A DNA stretch of 32,000 nucleotides from Coprobacillaceae bacterium. GTDB taxonomy: Bacteria > Bacillota_I > Bacilli_A > Erysipelotrichales > Coprobacillaceae. The notes below the pieces were generated by a model. The model was not told the origin of the DNA. It did no database searches and saw only the letters and a list, made by a program, of their open reading frames with translations. Of this stretch, positions 1 to 10,014 are shown one piece after another (position 1 is the stretch's first letter; each line of letters begins with the position of its first letter). Made by a program: the position numbers and the translations under genes. The stretch lies in contig OY776328.1 in assembly GCA_963675515.1 (NCBI GenBank), forward strand, positions 2,370,001-2,402,000, written 5' to 3'.

Positions 1-377
1 GTTCCTGCGGCTGCAAATTTTTTCATAGTCGCAGACCACAATGAGCTTTCAGTAAATAAAAAGTATGGGTTCGTTTGTTCTTCGTTTGGGACCAATCCAT
101 TTATCTGTTGGTTGAAACTGCCCACTGTTCCTAACATTGTGTTCTTTCCTATACTTGCAATGCACGTTACAAGTATAGTGTTCTTTGGCACAACTCGACC
201 TACTTTTTGCCCTTCACTACTCAATTTTTTTATTGTCTCGAACGTGATATTTTCAGAAATGTCAGTCGGAGTAACCCAAGGTATTCCATCATCAGAATAG
301 TAAGCTTGATTACTTGTAGACGGCGTTGATCCAGTGATAACATTTCCTAGTTCGCCAACCTTACGCTGTTCCCAAGT
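1..377 (-). pseudogene. Start-less hsdS fragment (one target-recognition-domain cassette), running off the left edge of the window
   Basis: The minus-strand frame is open from 377 to the window edge (125 codons, no stop). It reads TWEQRKVGELGNVITGSTPSTSNQAYYSDDGIPWVTPTDISENITFETIKKLSSEGQKVGRVVPKNTILVTCIASIGKNTMLGTVGSFNQQINGLVPNEEQ..., a typical HsdS TRD. There is no ATG or SD, and it begins right after the hsdM terminator. It is absent from the ORF track because neither a start nor a stop lies inside the window. Confidence 0.7.
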
Positions 378-408
378 AAAAAAGAGAAGTAGCAATCGCC
401 ACTTCTCT
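378..408 (-). terminator. Rho-independent terminator after hsdM
   Basis: Minus strand reads AGAGAAGT-GGCGATTGCT-ACTTCTCT followed by TTTTTT, 13 nt downstream of the hsdM stop. Confidence 0.6.
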
Positions 409-420
409 ATTACGCACTGA

Positions 421-2028
421 TTATGCTTTTATCTGTGCTAAAAAGTCTTTTAATTCATTATCTTCTATGCTGGTAGTACCTACCAACTCATCCAGCAAAC
501 TATAAAGCTCCGCCGTTGTTTTTTCAATTTCATTGCGGTTTGCTTTGATATCACCAGCAATCTCCGATAGCTGTACAACTTCTTCTTCCTCAAATGTGTC
601 AACATATCTAGGAATATTTAAGTTGAAGTCATTTTCCTTGATTTCCTCAAAACTTGCTAAATGTGCAAATTTTTCAACTGATTCACGATTCACATAAGCT
701 TTTAGAATTTTACTGATATGATCATCAGTAATAGTATTTTGGTTTTTTCCCTTGTCAAATTCTTGCGATGCATCAATGAATAAAACATCTCGATTGGTTC
801 GGTTCTTTTTCAGGATTATAACAGTTGTTGGGATACTAGTGTTATAGAAAATATTAGCTGGCATTCCGATAACTGTATCAATTGCACCATCCTCTAAAAG
901 GTGTTGGCGGATGCGACCTTCAGCATTGCCTCTGAACAATACCCCATGAGGTAAGACAATTGCCATTACCCCTCCATTTTGTTTTAAATGATAGAAACCA
1001 TGAAGAAGGAAAGCAAAGTCGGCCTTAGATTTAGGAGCCAATGCACCAAAGCTTGAAAAACGTGGATCTTGCATAAATCCGGCATCAGCCGACCACTTGG
1101 CCGAATATGGTGGATTCATCAATACTCCATCAAAATCAGTTGGCTCCTGTGTCGGCCAATCATTATCTAAAGTGTCAGCGTTGTGCAGGAATTGATTTTC
1201 AACCGCAACGCCATGAAGAATCATATTCATTCGCGCCAAATTATATGTTGATGTATTCAATTCTTGGCCATAGTACGAAATCGTACCCGGTTCATTACTA
1301 TATTTTTTTGCATTCAACAACAACGATCCTGAGCCCATTGTTGCATCATAAACCGTAAATCCCTTCTTATTCTCCCGGCCATGTAGTACTATTTGCGTCA
1401 TCAGTTTTGCTACAGGTTGTGGTGTATAAAATTCTCCTGCCTTTTTTCCTGAATCACTTGCAAATTGACCTATCAGATACTCATAGGCATCTCCTAAAAT
1501 ATCACCTGCATGAGCTGCCACATCCAAAACCGACAATTCTTTCATAATCGCGGTTACTGTTGCATTCTGCTTCTGAGGTGTTGCGCCTAATTTTTTTGAG
1601 TAAAGATCAATGTCCTCAAATAAATTTTCAAAAGTTTCATTGGCTTGCTCAATATTTCTAAATCCTTGAGCTAACGATTCCAATTGGAACTCGCCATTAT
1701 TTGCGTGATTGACCAATGAGGTAAATGTCAATCCTGGATCAATTGTATAAGAAATTTCTTCCTGCAATACTGACAGCAAGTCATCTTTAGTTTCAACGTC
1801 TTTGTAGGCTTCTTCGTATATTCTTTGAGCCACTTGTAAATCATCTGTTTCTTCTTCCATTACTTTGGCAACGTAAAAAAGCATTTTGTCGGAAAGGTAT
1901 TTGTAAAAGACCAATCCTAAAAGATATGATTTGTATTCATTAGCATCCATTTTTGAGCGCAAAATATCCGCACTATTCCAAAGTGCTTGATATAGAGTTT
2001 GTGAACTTTGATTATTTAAATCTGCCAT
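421..2028 (-). CDS. hsdM: Type I restriction-modification system, N6-adenine DNA methyltransferase subunit HsdM
   Basis: 535 aa. HsdM-type N-terminus (LWNSADILRSKMDANEYKSYLLGLVFYKYLSD), AdoMet motif I (DATMGSGSLLL) and catalytic NPPY motif (LMNPPYSAKW). Sits in an operon with hsdS and hsdR. Confidence 0.95.
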   Translation of the reverse strand: MADLNNQSSQTLYQALWNSADILRSKMDANEYKSYLLGLVFYKYLSDKMLFYVAKVMEEETDDLQVAQRIYEEAYKDVETKDDLLSVLQEEISYTIDPGLTFTSLVNHANNGEFQLESLAQGFRNIEQANETFENLFEDIDLYSKKLGATPQKQNATVTAIMKELSVLDVAAHAGDILGDAYEYLIGQFASDSGKKAGEFYTPQPVAKLMTQIVLHGRENKKGFTVYDATMGSGSLLLNAKKYSNEPGTISYYGQELNTSTYNLARMNMILHGVAVENQFLHNADTLDNDWPTQEPTDFDGVLMNPPYSAKWSADAGFMQDPRFSSFGALAPKSKADFAFLLHGFYHLKQNGGVMAIVLPHGVLFRGNAEGRIRQHLLEDGAIDTVIGMPANIFYNTSIPTTVIILKKNRTNRDVLFIDASQEFDKGKNQNTITDDHISKILKAYVNRESVEKFAHLASFEEIKENDFNLNIPRYVDTFEEEEVVQLSEIAGDIKANRNEIEKTTAELYSLLDELVGTTSIEDNELKDFLAQIKA

Positions 2029-2061
2029 TATATTCTCCTAGTTTTTTCCCTTTTCAATTTG

Positions 2062-3267
2062 TTAAATAAACATTTTTTCTAACATGGTTTTCTTTAAAGT
2101 TTGGTACGTTTCTAGCTCTCGCTGATGAAGGGTGATAAGGTTGTCAAGACTCCTAAATATTTGTCCAATTTTGATCTCTTCCTCTAGTTTGCAAGGTAAT
2201 GAAATAGTCATCTTGGCAAGATCATTTGAATTAATCGCAGGATAACTTGTTCCAGTACATCTATCTAAAACAGACCGAACAAATGGCTCAGTTTGTACCA
2301 ACGATAACAAGAAATAGCCGTTGTTCTTTGGTCTTATTTGCGCGTAACCGGTTGAAAAAACGTAGGTTTTATCTTGTTTTTCAAACAAATAGTTGTTTTT
2401 TTGATAAGGCCTGACGGTTTGATAAAACAAATCTCCAAATTGCGCTAATCTCTGAGCCCTGGATGGAGCGGAATTTTTACTTTCTTCTCGATGTGCAATC
2501 ATTTCCGTACCAATAACCGATTCCAAGTCTACATATTCGAACGAATCTGGTAAATCTGACTTAGGGTTAAAATCTGCAACTTCAACAAACTTACGCTGTT
2601 CCCAAGGGTCAGTAAATCCAGCAAAGCGAAATTCAGGAATATCCGACCCATCTTTTGGAAACATTTTTGAAAGCATAGTCTGTTTCATAGCCTTAGTATT
2701 GTCCAACTCACGCTGATGAAGAGCGATAAGGTTATCGAGTTGAACAAAGATCTTTCCTATTTTGCTCTGTTCTTCAAAATTTGGAAAGTTAAATTTCAAT
2801 GATGAAAAATCCGTGAAACTAATACTTCGTCCATCTCGAATACCATAAGTAACGGTCTCGAGTCTTTTAATGAATGCTGTACTTGTTAGCACTTCCTTCC
2901 AAAATTTGGACACTTGTTTTTCTGGTTCTTTGAAGTCCAAAACCGTGTATGCTGGCGATGTTATACCTTCAATATCGGACCAAGCAAATCCTCCTTGGAA
3001 TGAACGCAAGTGAATAACGAATTGTCCTGGCTTTACTCGTTTATATGTATTTATGCTCTTCTCATCATACTTAATATCAATACCGATTTCATCACGTCTA
3101 ATCATACCTAACTCTTGCGATGCAGATAAAACAGGCAGGTCTAAATGGCCTTTATCTGAGATGGTTTTAAAGATATCTCCTGCCTTACTCTGTTCCCAAG
3201 CTTCTGCATTTTCGCCCGCAAACTCTTTAAATCTTACTTTTGGTTCTACTATATTTGTCTTACTCAT
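2062..3267 (-). CDS. hsdS: Type I restriction-modification specificity subunit HsdS (two TRDs)
   Basis: 401 aa. Two variable TRDs each begin after a WEQ junction (AWEQSKAGDIF, PWEQRKFVEV). They are separated and followed by the conserved helical repeats IGKIFVQLDNLIALHQRELD and IGQIFRSLDNLITLHQRELE. Confidence 0.93.
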   Translation of the reverse strand: MSKTNIVEPKVRFKEFAGENAEAWEQSKAGDIFKTISDKGHLDLPVLSASQELGMIRRDEIGIDIKYDEKSINTYKRVKPGQFVIHLRSFQGGFAWSDIEGITSPAYTVLDFKEPEKQVSKFWKEVLTSTAFIKRLETVTYGIRDGRSISFTDFSSLKFNFPNFEEQSKIGKIFVQLDNLIALHQRELDNTKAMKQTMLSKMFPKDGSDIPEFRFAGFTDPWEQRKFVEVADFNPKSDLPDSFEYVDLESVIGTEMIAHREESKNSAPSRAQRLAQFGDLFYQTVRPYQKNNYLFEKQDKTYVFSTGYAQIRPKNNGYFLLSLVQTEPFVRSVLDRCTGTSYPAINSNDLAKMTISLPCKLEEEIKIGQIFRSLDNLITLHQRELETYQTLKKTMLEKMFI

Positions 3268-3282
3268 TTTATCCCTTTCCCT

Positions 3283-6279
3283 TTATCTACGGTGTTGCAG
3301 CGGTACGATTATCTCATCAATCACTTTTGTATAAGCTGGTTTGATAGCTCTTAAATATTTTAGTTTTGGTAAAGCATTTTGGCCGTGTTTTTCCTTATAA
3401 GCATCATAATTTCTTGATTCATTTAACTCTTGCTCTCCAAGTTGCTTTGATTCACCTTTACGATAGTTCTTCACCACGAACTTCAATTCATTGAAACCCA
3501 CAAACCAGTGAGAAGCGATTTCATGAACCTTCTCATTTATTGTTTCTTCAATCATTTGATCTAGGATATTACCCACTGATTGACCTCGATATTTGTCTGG
3601 GTTCCACTGCACCTGAAACCACAGATTATTAATGATATCCGCTAGACCAGGATTTGTTTTTCTTAATTCTTCGATATACGCGCTGATTGCTTTTATATCT
3701 TTGGCAGACAGTTCCTTGGATTCATTTCCACCTTCAGGGATAAATGCTTGAATCAGTGATAATATGTATTCATAGTTGATTTCATCGGTTCTTACGCTCT
3801 CAAGCTCATACATAACGTCAATTGTTATTATATCCGGATCATCACCATCAGGCTTACGTCTTTTTATTTCTTCAATTACATTTTCATACTTTCCTGCAAA
3901 TTCTTCTATCATGCCAATTGTAAGCCCAGCTTCAGCCAAGACTTGTCTACGTTCATAATTGGAATAAACCTGAATTGAAGCAAACAACTTATCGAATTCC
4001 TGATATGCTTTGGCAAAATATTTCAAATCCTCATCGGATGCCGAATCGATATCCGGGGCGTCTTCAGGGGTTGGAGCGATTGCCTTGAGCGCTTTTACTT
4101 TCTGATCAAAATTATCCTTTTCTTCTTCCCAGGTTGGAGCCAGTACCGAATTTTCACCGCCATTAGAGTATAAGCGAAGGGCATTATCAACGGCTTCCTT
4201 AAAGGCATCCGGTTTTTGAAATATTACAATTTGTCCATAGTTTTTAGATCTGTCAAACAGCCGATTAGTACGGCTAAAAGCCTGAATCAAATCTTGCGGC
4301 CTCATTGGTCGACGGTCAATAAACAAAGTAGATAGACAAGGGGCATCAAAACCAGTTAATAACCGGTTAACCACGATTACTAAATCCAGTTGTTCCTCCC
4401 GAAATTTATATCGGTCTTTCTTTCGTGCAAGACGGTCATTGATATCATTGTTGTATGATTTGATATCTGCGATTGAAAAATTAGTCCCAAATTCACTATT
4501 ATAAGCTTTAATGGATTCTTTCATCTTGTCTTGATTGGTGGTACTGTCTTCTTCATTTTCCGTAACTGAGTAGGTAATGGCAAACTTAGGAAAATCCGGA
4601 AGCGTCCGTTTAGTCTTCTCACTGACTTTTATATCCTTCTCGCCATTCTTTACCTTCGTCAACAATTCAAAATATTTTTGGGCCACTGTGATACTTCTGA
4701 CTGTCAAAATCGCACTGTATGTATTGCCCACACCATTTTGAAAACCAAGTTTTCTCCGGGAGTGGTTAATTATAGAATCCAACACTTCAAGCATATGTTC
4801 TTCCTTGTCATATAACTCAGTGAGAAGTTCCGATTCATCCACGTCAGTAATGATAGTATTCTTGTATTCAACCTGAAATCCCAAGACCGCCTTATCGTGG
4901 ATTGCTTCCTTCACAGTATATTCGTGTAGCCTTTTGCCATATTGTTCTTCGGTCGTTTGCGCCAAATCACCAACTTGTTCCCTTTTATTCTCGGCAAATA
5001 TCGGAGTCCCGGTGAACCCATACCAGAGCGAGTTGATAAAAAATTTGGAAATGTACCGTTGCCGTCCGGGTGACACCGCGCGGTGGCACTCATCGACAAC
5101 AAATGCAACGTTCAATTCCTTTATTTTCTTGTACTCCTTTTTATAGCTACCTTCATTGAATTTCTTCATCATTGTATTGATTTTTTGAATTGTGGTTACC
5201 ACGACTGTCTTATCGTCGGAATACAATCTCTTCACCAGATTGTGAGTACTTTCCGTTTCATCGACATCGATCACATCATTCTCTGCATAAGACATGAAGC
5301 TCGATGTTGTCTGCTGGTCTAGATCAGTCCGGTCCACTACAAATATTGTTTTTTTAATTGATGGGATTTGCAGCAAATTGCGGGCAACTTTATAACTGGT
5401 CAGGGTCTTTCCTGAGCCGGTAGTATGCCAGACATAGCCGCTGATTCGGTGCATGCTAGCCTTTTTGACTTCTTCTATGGCATGCACCTGGTACGGACGC
5501 AACAAAATCAAAGCCCGTTTGCTGTCATCAATAACCGAATATTGCATTACCATCTGATGGGCTCTGGGAATCGATAGCACATGCGCTGTAAAATCATTCA
5601 AATTGACCACTGGTCTATTATCTCTATCCACCCATTTGGTCAAAAATTGCTCGTTGATCTTGTTCTCCTTGGCGGCAGCTATATACCTTGTCTCAGTGGC
5701 ATTTGAGACGACAAACATCTGCAAGGTCGAATATATTCCTCGAAATTTGCCTTCCTTGTCATATTTCTTGATTTGGCGAAATGCATCCATAAAGCCAGTC
5801 GACCGGTTTTTCAATTCGATATGAATCATCGGCAGACCATTTATCAACAGCGTCACATCAAAGCGACGGTTCGTATCTTCAAGGTTGGCTCTGGCAACGG
5901 AAACCTGGTTTACCACTTCGTAACTTGATTTTCCTCCTGCAACATTATCGCGCCACAAAACTTCCAGCCGGATTGTGCCAAGCGTCGCATCCTCACGCTG
6001 CACCTGGACTTTGGCTATTCCATTTTCTCCAGCTATCCACTTTGCCGCTTCGTAATAGTTGACAAAATTCAACTGATTCTTGATCTGGTTCTTCTCTTGA
6101 TCGGTCAGCTGATTTTCATTAAGAGTTCTGACATTGTTCTGTTCCAGTTTATCAAAAAAATTGCCCCATAGAAGATCTTCGGTATTCAGATCCGGCCGGT
6201 ATGTCCATTGGCTCTCCCCACGTGTCAATTGCTCAATCATTTGATTTTCGATATCTAGTTCCCCTGTATATTCAACCAT
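3283..6279 (-). CDS. hsdR: Type I restriction endonuclease subunit HsdR (helicase-nuclease)
   Basis: The ORF track begins at a TTG (6297). The ATG at 6279 (MVEYTGELD) is preceded by GAGAGGGG about 9 nt upstream, so I prefer it. Walker A TGSGKT ([11 protein letters not shown]) and DEAH-like box (VVDECHRA). About 1000 aa, adjacent to hsdS and hsdM. Confidence 0.93.
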   Translation of the reverse strand: MVEYTGELDIENQMIEQLTRGESQWTYRPDLNTEDLLWGNFFDKLEQNNVRTLNENQLTDQEKNQIKNQLNFVNYYEAAKWIAGENGIAKVQVQREDATLGTIRLEVLWRDNVAGGKSSYEVVNQVSVARANLEDTNRRFDVTLLINGLPMIHIELKNRSTGFMDAFRQIKKYDKEGKFRGIYSTLQMFVVSNATETRYIAAAKENKINEQFLTKWVDRDNRPVVNLNDFTAHVLSIPRAHQMVMQYSVIDDSKRALILLRPYQVHAIEEVKKASMHRISGYVWHTTGSGKTLTSYKVARNLLQIPSIKKTIFVVDRTDLDQQTTSSFMSYAENDVIDVDETESTHNLVKRLYSDDKTVVVTTIQKINTMMKKFNEGSYKKEYKKIKELNVAFVVDECHRAVSPGRQRYISKFFINSLWYGFTGTPIFAENKREQVGDLAQTTEEQYGKRLHEYTVKEAIHDKAVLGFQVEYKNTIITDVDESELLTELYDKEEHMLEVLDSIINHSRRKLGFQNGVGNTYSAILTVRSITVAQKYFELLTKVKNGEKDIKVSEKTKRTLPDFPKFAITYSVTENEEDSTTNQDKMKESIKAYNSEFGTNFSIADIKSYNNDINDRLARKKDRYKFREEQLDLVIVVNRLLTGFDAPCLSTLFIDRRPMRPQDLIQAFSRTNRLFDRSKNYGQIVIFQKPDAFKEAVDNALRLYSNGGENSVLAPTWEEEKDNFDQKVKALKAIAPTPEDAPDIDSASDEDLKYFAKAYQEFDKLFASIQVYSNYERRQVLAEAGLTIGMIEEFAGKYENVIEEIKRRKPDGDDPDIITIDVMYELESVRTDEINYEYILSLIQAFIPEGGNESKELSAKDIKAISAYIEELRKTNPGLADIINNLWFQVQWNPDKYRGQSVGNILDQMIEETINEKVHEIASHWFVGFNELKFVVKNYRKGESKQLGEQELNESRNYDAYKEKHGQNALPKLKYLRAIKPAYTKVIDEIIVPLQHRR

Positions 6280-6347
6280 GATCTTTTCCCCTCTCAATGG
6301 TATTTATTGCAAATTCAACACAAATGTTAATTAAAGTTTCAAATAAA

Positions 6348-6375
6348 ATTATAACACTTTGGCAAATATTGTAAA
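6348..6375 (-). promoter_or_regulatory. Candidate sigma-A promoter for the hsdRSM operon
   Basis: Minus strand reads TTTACA, a 16-nt spacer, then TGtTATAAT (extended -10), about 70 nt upstream of the hsdR ATG. Confidence 0.45.
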
Positions 6376-6448
6376 CAACCAGATGGACGGATACATGTGT
6401 TTCACCCATTTTTACATGCCTTGTTAAAAAATTAACCAATTAGCTTGA

Positions 6449-6460
6449 CTGTCATGACAG
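6449..6460. promoter_or_regulatory. Perfect 12-bp palindrome CTGTCATGACAG, candidate NiaR operator in the nadA promoter region
   Basis: Overlaps a TTGACT hexamer (6445-6450) and lies 5 nt upstream of a TTGACA hexamer (6466-6471), about 60 nt before the nadA ATG. The last gene of the operon is niaR. Confidence 0.4.
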
Positions 6461-6520
6461 AAGTATTGACAATGGAATTCATTTGTGGCATGATAAAATC
6501 CACAAGGATAGGAGAAAATT

Positions 6521-7429
6521 ATGGATAATTTACTTAATAAAATCAATGAATTGAAAAAACAGCGCGACGCGGTGATTCTGGGGCACTATTACCTCGATCG
6601 CGATGTTCTTGATATATGCGACTATGTCGGCGATTCGTTCTATCTCGCCAAAAAGGCGACCGAGCTTGAAAACAAGACCATCGTGTTCTGCGGCGTCCGG
6701 TTCATGGGGGAATCGGCCAAGATATTAAACCCGGAAAAGACGGTGCTGCTCGTCGATAAAAGCGCGATCTGCCCGATGGCCAATATGGTCACCAAGGAAG
6801 ATATCGACAAAATCAGGGCTGCTTATGATGATGTTTGCGTTGTGGCTTACATCAACTCGAAAAGCGAGATCAAACGTTACGTCGATGTCTGTGTAACCAG
6901 CGGCAATGCCCATAATATCATCCCCAAGATTCCAAACAAGAACATCTATTTTGTTCCTGACAAGAACCTGGGGGGTTATCTGGCAAAACAGTTCCCGGAA
7001 AAGAATTTCATCCTGCATCCCGGATACTGCCCGGTGCATGAAAAGATGAACAAAGATGAACTGGCAGAAACCAGAAAGCTCCATCCCGATGCGCTTGTTA
7101 TGGCCCATCCCGAATGCAATGAAGGAATCTTGTCCGGGGCCGACTATATCGGCTCGACCACCGGGATCATCGATTACGTCAAACAAAGCGATGCCAAGGA
7201 ATTCATCATTGCCAGCGAACTGGGGATGTTCTACGAACTCGAAAAGCAGAATCCCGACAAGATATTTTACCCGATCAAGCCCGACCAGATCTGCGTGGAT
7301 ATGAAAAAGATCACGCCTGAAAAAATTGCCGAGGTGCTTGAAAACGATTTCGAAGGAGTCGTGCTGGATCAAACGCTGATCAATGAAGCGAAACATTCAC
7401 TCGATCGCATGCTGGAGCTGGCAAAATGA
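6521..7429 (+). CDS. nadA: Quinolinate synthase NadA
   Basis: 302 aa. The N-terminus (ELKKQRDAVILGHYY) and Cys-containing segments are typical of NadA. SD GGAGAA lies 7 nt upstream. First gene of a nadA-nadB-nadC-niaR array with overlapping stop/start codons. Confidence 0.93.
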   Translation: MDNLLNKINELKKQRDAVILGHYYLDRDVLDICDYVGDSFYLAKKATELENKTIVFCGVRFMGESAKILNPEKTVLLVDKSAICPMANMVTKEDIDKIRAAYDDVCVVAYINSKSEIKRYVDVCVTSGNAHNIIPKIPNKNIYFVPDKNLGGYLAKQFPEKNFILHPGYCPVHEKMNKDELAETRKLHPDALVMAHPECNEGILSGADYIGSTTGIIDYVKQSDAKEFIIASELGMFYELEKQNPDKIFYPIKPDQICVDMKKITPEKIAEVLENDFEGVVLDQTLINEAKHSLDRMLELAK

Positions 7430-8697
7430 AAACCGACATATTGATTGTCGGCAGCGGCCTGGCCGGTCTTATTGCCGGTTTGAGTCTTGATTCCAGCCTT
7501 GACATCTTGATGATATGCAATGACAAGAAAGAAAAATCGGATTCATCCCTGGCCCAAGGCGGGATATCCACCCTGCTTCACAAATTCGACTACGAGGCCT
7601 ACCTGCAGGATACCTTGAAGGCAGGCCGCTTCGAGAATGATATCGAGGTAGTCAAGACAATGATCGACAATTCCAATGACCTGATTCTTGATCTGATCAA
7701 GTACGGAGTCGAGTTCGATTTCGACTACACCCGCGAGGGCGGCCATTCGGCCAAACGGATTCTCCACCATCAGGATGTAACCGGTCAGGAAATAACATCC
7801 AAACTGCTCAGCGAACTCGAGAAACGCAGCAACATAACCCTTATGGAGGACACGACCATGCTTGATCTGATCATCAAGGACAACGTCTGCCATGGCGCCA
7901 TCATCCTCAAGGACGGGGTGGTCACCCCGGTATATGGGGCCCATGTGATCCTGGCCACCGGTGGGATTGGCGGACTGTTCAAACAGTCGACCAACTATGG
8001 CCATATCAGAGGGGACAGCTTCGCAATCGCCATCAAAAACAACATCGAACTCGACCATCTCGACTACATCCAGATCCATCCGACCTTGCTTTATTCCAAG
8101 GACCAGGGGCGCAACTTCCTGATCTCCGAATCGATCCGTGGCGAAGGCGCGGTGATCGAGGACGAAGCGGGCAACCAGTTCGTCGACAGCCTGTTGCCCC
8201 GCGACATTGTCGCCAAAGCGATCAGGGACAAGATGATCGAACAGAATACCGACCATGTCTACCTGAACGTTTCCAATATCCCATATGAAAAGATGATCGA
8301 ACACTTCCCAAACATCTACCAGACATGCATCGATCGGGGAATCGATCCATACAAGGACCGGATCCCGATCATGCCCGGACAGCATTATCTCATGGGTGGA
8401 ATCAAGGCCAGCGTCGAGGGCAGGACTTCAGTCAAGAACCTATACGCCATCGGCGAAACGGCCGGAACCGGAGTCCATGGCAAGAACCGGCTGGCAAGCA
8501 ATTCCCTGCTTGAAAGCGGCGTATTTGCCAAACTGTCCGCCAAATACATCAACAGCCACAAGCAGGATGCAAGTCAGATCGATGTGGATCTCGACCAATA
8601 TCAGGATATCGTGGCATATGAGCAGAATAACCGTCAGGTGGTTCTTGATTATCTGAAAAATAAGAATAAGGAGTTTTACAATGAATGGCTTTTATAA
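7426..8697 (+). CDS. nadB: L-aspartate oxidase NadB (short form, 423 aa)
   Basis: FAD dinucleotide fold DILIVGSGLAGLIAG and the motif NRLASNSLLE. Its ATGA start overlaps the nadA stop. Confidence 0.9.
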   Translation: MKTDILIVGSGLAGLIAGLSLDSSLDILMICNDKKEKSDSSLAQGGISTLLHKFDYEAYLQDTLKAGRFENDIEVVKTMIDNSNDLILDLIKYGVEFDFDYTREGGHSAKRILHHQDVTGQEITSKLLSELEKRSNITLMEDTTMLDLIIKDNVCHGAIILKDGVVTPVYGAHVILATGGIGGLFKQSTNYGHIRGDSFAIAIKNNIELDHLDYIQIHPTLLYSKDQGRNFLISESIRGEGAVIEDEAGNQFVDSLLPRDIVAKAIRDKMIEQNTDHVYLNVSNIPYEKMIEHFPNIYQTCIDRGIDPYKDRIPIMPGQHYLMGGIKASVEGRTSVKNLYAIGETAGTGVHGKNRLASNSLLESGVFAKLSAKYINSHKQDASQIDVDLDQYQDIVAYEQNNRQVVLDYLKNKNKEFYNEWLL

Positions 8698-9517
8698 AGA
8701 TTACATAATTTCAGCCTTGAAGGAAGACATCTCGAGCGAGGACCTCTCGACCAATGCGGTCGTTTCCAAGGATACTCGAGGAACTGTCGATCTTATCTGC
8801 AAGGAAGACGGAATCATCGCCGGACTGGATGTCTTCAACGAGACTTTCAGGCTGCTCGATGAAAACTACGAATTTATCAGCGACTTCAAGGACGGCGACT
8901 ACGCAACCAAGGGGCAGAAAATCGGTACCTGCAAAGGAAAGCTGAGGGCATTGCTTTCTTGCGAGAGGACGGCTTTGAATTATCTCCAGCGGATGTCAGG
9001 CATCGCGACCAACACCCGTAAAATGGCCGATGTCCTGGAAAGAAGTCCAATCAAACTGCTTGACACGCGTAAAACCACACCGAACAACCGGATCTTCGAA
9101 AAATATGCGACCCGGATCGGAGGAGCCTACAACCATCGCTACAACCTGTCCGACGGAATAATGCTTAAGGATAACCATCTCGATGCGGCCGGATCGATCA
9201 CCAAGGCGGTCACCCAGGTGCGCGAATACATGCGCGTCGTCCAGAAAATCGAAGTCGAGTGCGAGACGCTTGAAATGGTGCAGGAGTGTCTTGACAACGA
9301 TGTCGATATCATCATGCTTGACAACATGGACAACCACATGATCAAACAGGCCTGCGATCTGATAGGCAAAAAAGCGCTGATTGAAGTGAGCGGCAACATC
9401 AACACAGCCCGCCTCGAGGAACTCAAAGACTATCCAATCGACTTCATCTCATCGGGTTCATTGACGTACTCGGGAGTCGCCTTGGATCTGTCACTTAAAA
9501 ACATGGTGATATTATGA
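8681..9517 (+). CDS. nadC: Nicotinate-nucleotide diphosphorylase (quinolinate phosphoribosyltransferase) NadC
   Basis: 278 aa. QPRTase-like sequence (LSCERTALNYLQRMSGIAT, LLDTRKTTP, IMLDNM). SD AAGGAG lies 8 nt upstream. Overlaps the nadB end by 17 nt. Confidence 0.92.
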   Translation: MNGFYKDYIISALKEDISSEDLSTNAVVSKDTRGTVDLICKEDGIIAGLDVFNETFRLLDENYEFISDFKDGDYATKGQKIGTCKGKLRALLSCERTALNYLQRMSGIATNTRKMADVLERSPIKLLDTRKTTPNNRIFEKYATRIGGAYNHRYNLSDGIMLKDNHLDAAGSITKAVTQVREYMRVVQKIEVECETLEMVQECLDNDVDIIMLDNMDNHMIKQACDLIGKKALIEVSGNINTARLEELKDYPIDFISSGSLTYSGVALDLSLKNMVIL

Positions 9518-10014
9518 GCCGGCTCGACAAGGTCTATCAATACCTAAAAGAAGCCAACCGGGCCGTCAGCGGCAATGAGCTGTCGGAACAGTTCAACATC
9601 TCACGGCAGATAATAGTCCAGGACATCGCGCTGCTGCGGGCCAAGGGATATGACATCATCTCGACCAATCGGGGCTACATCATCAATGACAACACCGTGA
9701 CTGCCAAACTTTGTCTGGCCCATGAAAACGACGACATGACCCGTGAGCTTTATGCAATTGTCGACAATGGCGGAACGATAAAAAACGTGATAATCGACCA
9801 TCCGGTCTATGAAGAGATAGTCGCTCCATTGAACCTTTCCAACCGCAAGGAAGTCGACGAGTTCGTCTCCAAGATGAACAAGCATCAGGGCCTGCCGTTA
9901 AAGCAGCTAGGGGACGGCATGACCCATTATCATGAGATCACCGCCCCCTCGCAGGAGGTCATCGACAATATCGTCAAGGACCTTGGCGCACTTGGTTTTC
10001 TTATAAAAAAGTAA
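9514..10014 (+). CDS. niaR: Niacin-responsive transcriptional repressor NiaR (YrxA family, HTH + 3H domain)
   Basis: 166 aa. ISRQIIVQDIALLRAKGYDIIST resembles B. subtilis YrxA VSRQVIVQDISLLKAK. HPVY and the THYHEITAP histidines mark the 3H domain. It is the terminal gene of the nad operon. Confidence 0.88.
   Translation: MSRLDKVYQYLKEANRAVSGNELSEQFNISRQIIVQDIALLRAKGYDIISTNRGYIINDNTVTAKLCLAHENDDMTRELYAIVDNGGTIKNVIIDHPVYEEIVAPLNLSNRKEVDEFVSKMNKHQGLPLKQLGDGMTHYHEITAPSQEVIDNIVKDLGALGFLIKK

Noticed and set aside
1-26. A possible separate minus-strand gene starting at the ATG at 26 (MKKFAAAGT...).
   Set aside because: That ATG is in frame with, and internal to, the continuous HsdS-like TRD frame coming from 377, so it is just an internal Met.
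112-300. A 62-aa plus-strand ORF at the left end.
   Set aside because: It is antisense to the clearly HsdS-like open frame on the minus strand, has no SD, and gives a hydrophobic nonsense-like translation.
360-2606. A classic invertible hsdS shufflon using the 17-nt repeats.
   Set aside because: The repeats are in direct orientation with hsdM between them. Site-specific recombination across them would delete hsdM rather than invert a segment. I kept this only as a silent-cassette or gene-conversion hypothesis.
6725-7396. A 223-aa minus-strand ORF antisense to nadA. Similar long antisense ORFs occur at 7543-8385, 8996-9337, 16527-16946, 17585-18214, 20352-20999, 24829-25383 and 25492-26040.
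   Set aside because: All lie fully inside well-supported genes on the other strand and lack SD sequences. Their low-complexity, R/G/D/V-rich translations are typical of shadow frames in GC-richer coding DNA.
7426-8697. NadB is about 100 aa shorter than the E. coli and B. subtilis enzymes, suggesting a possible truncation.
   Set aside because: The frame ends cleanly and overlaps the nadC start with a good SD. Short NadB forms lacking most of the C-terminal helical domain are, as far as I recall, known in other organisms. There is no sign of a frameshift.
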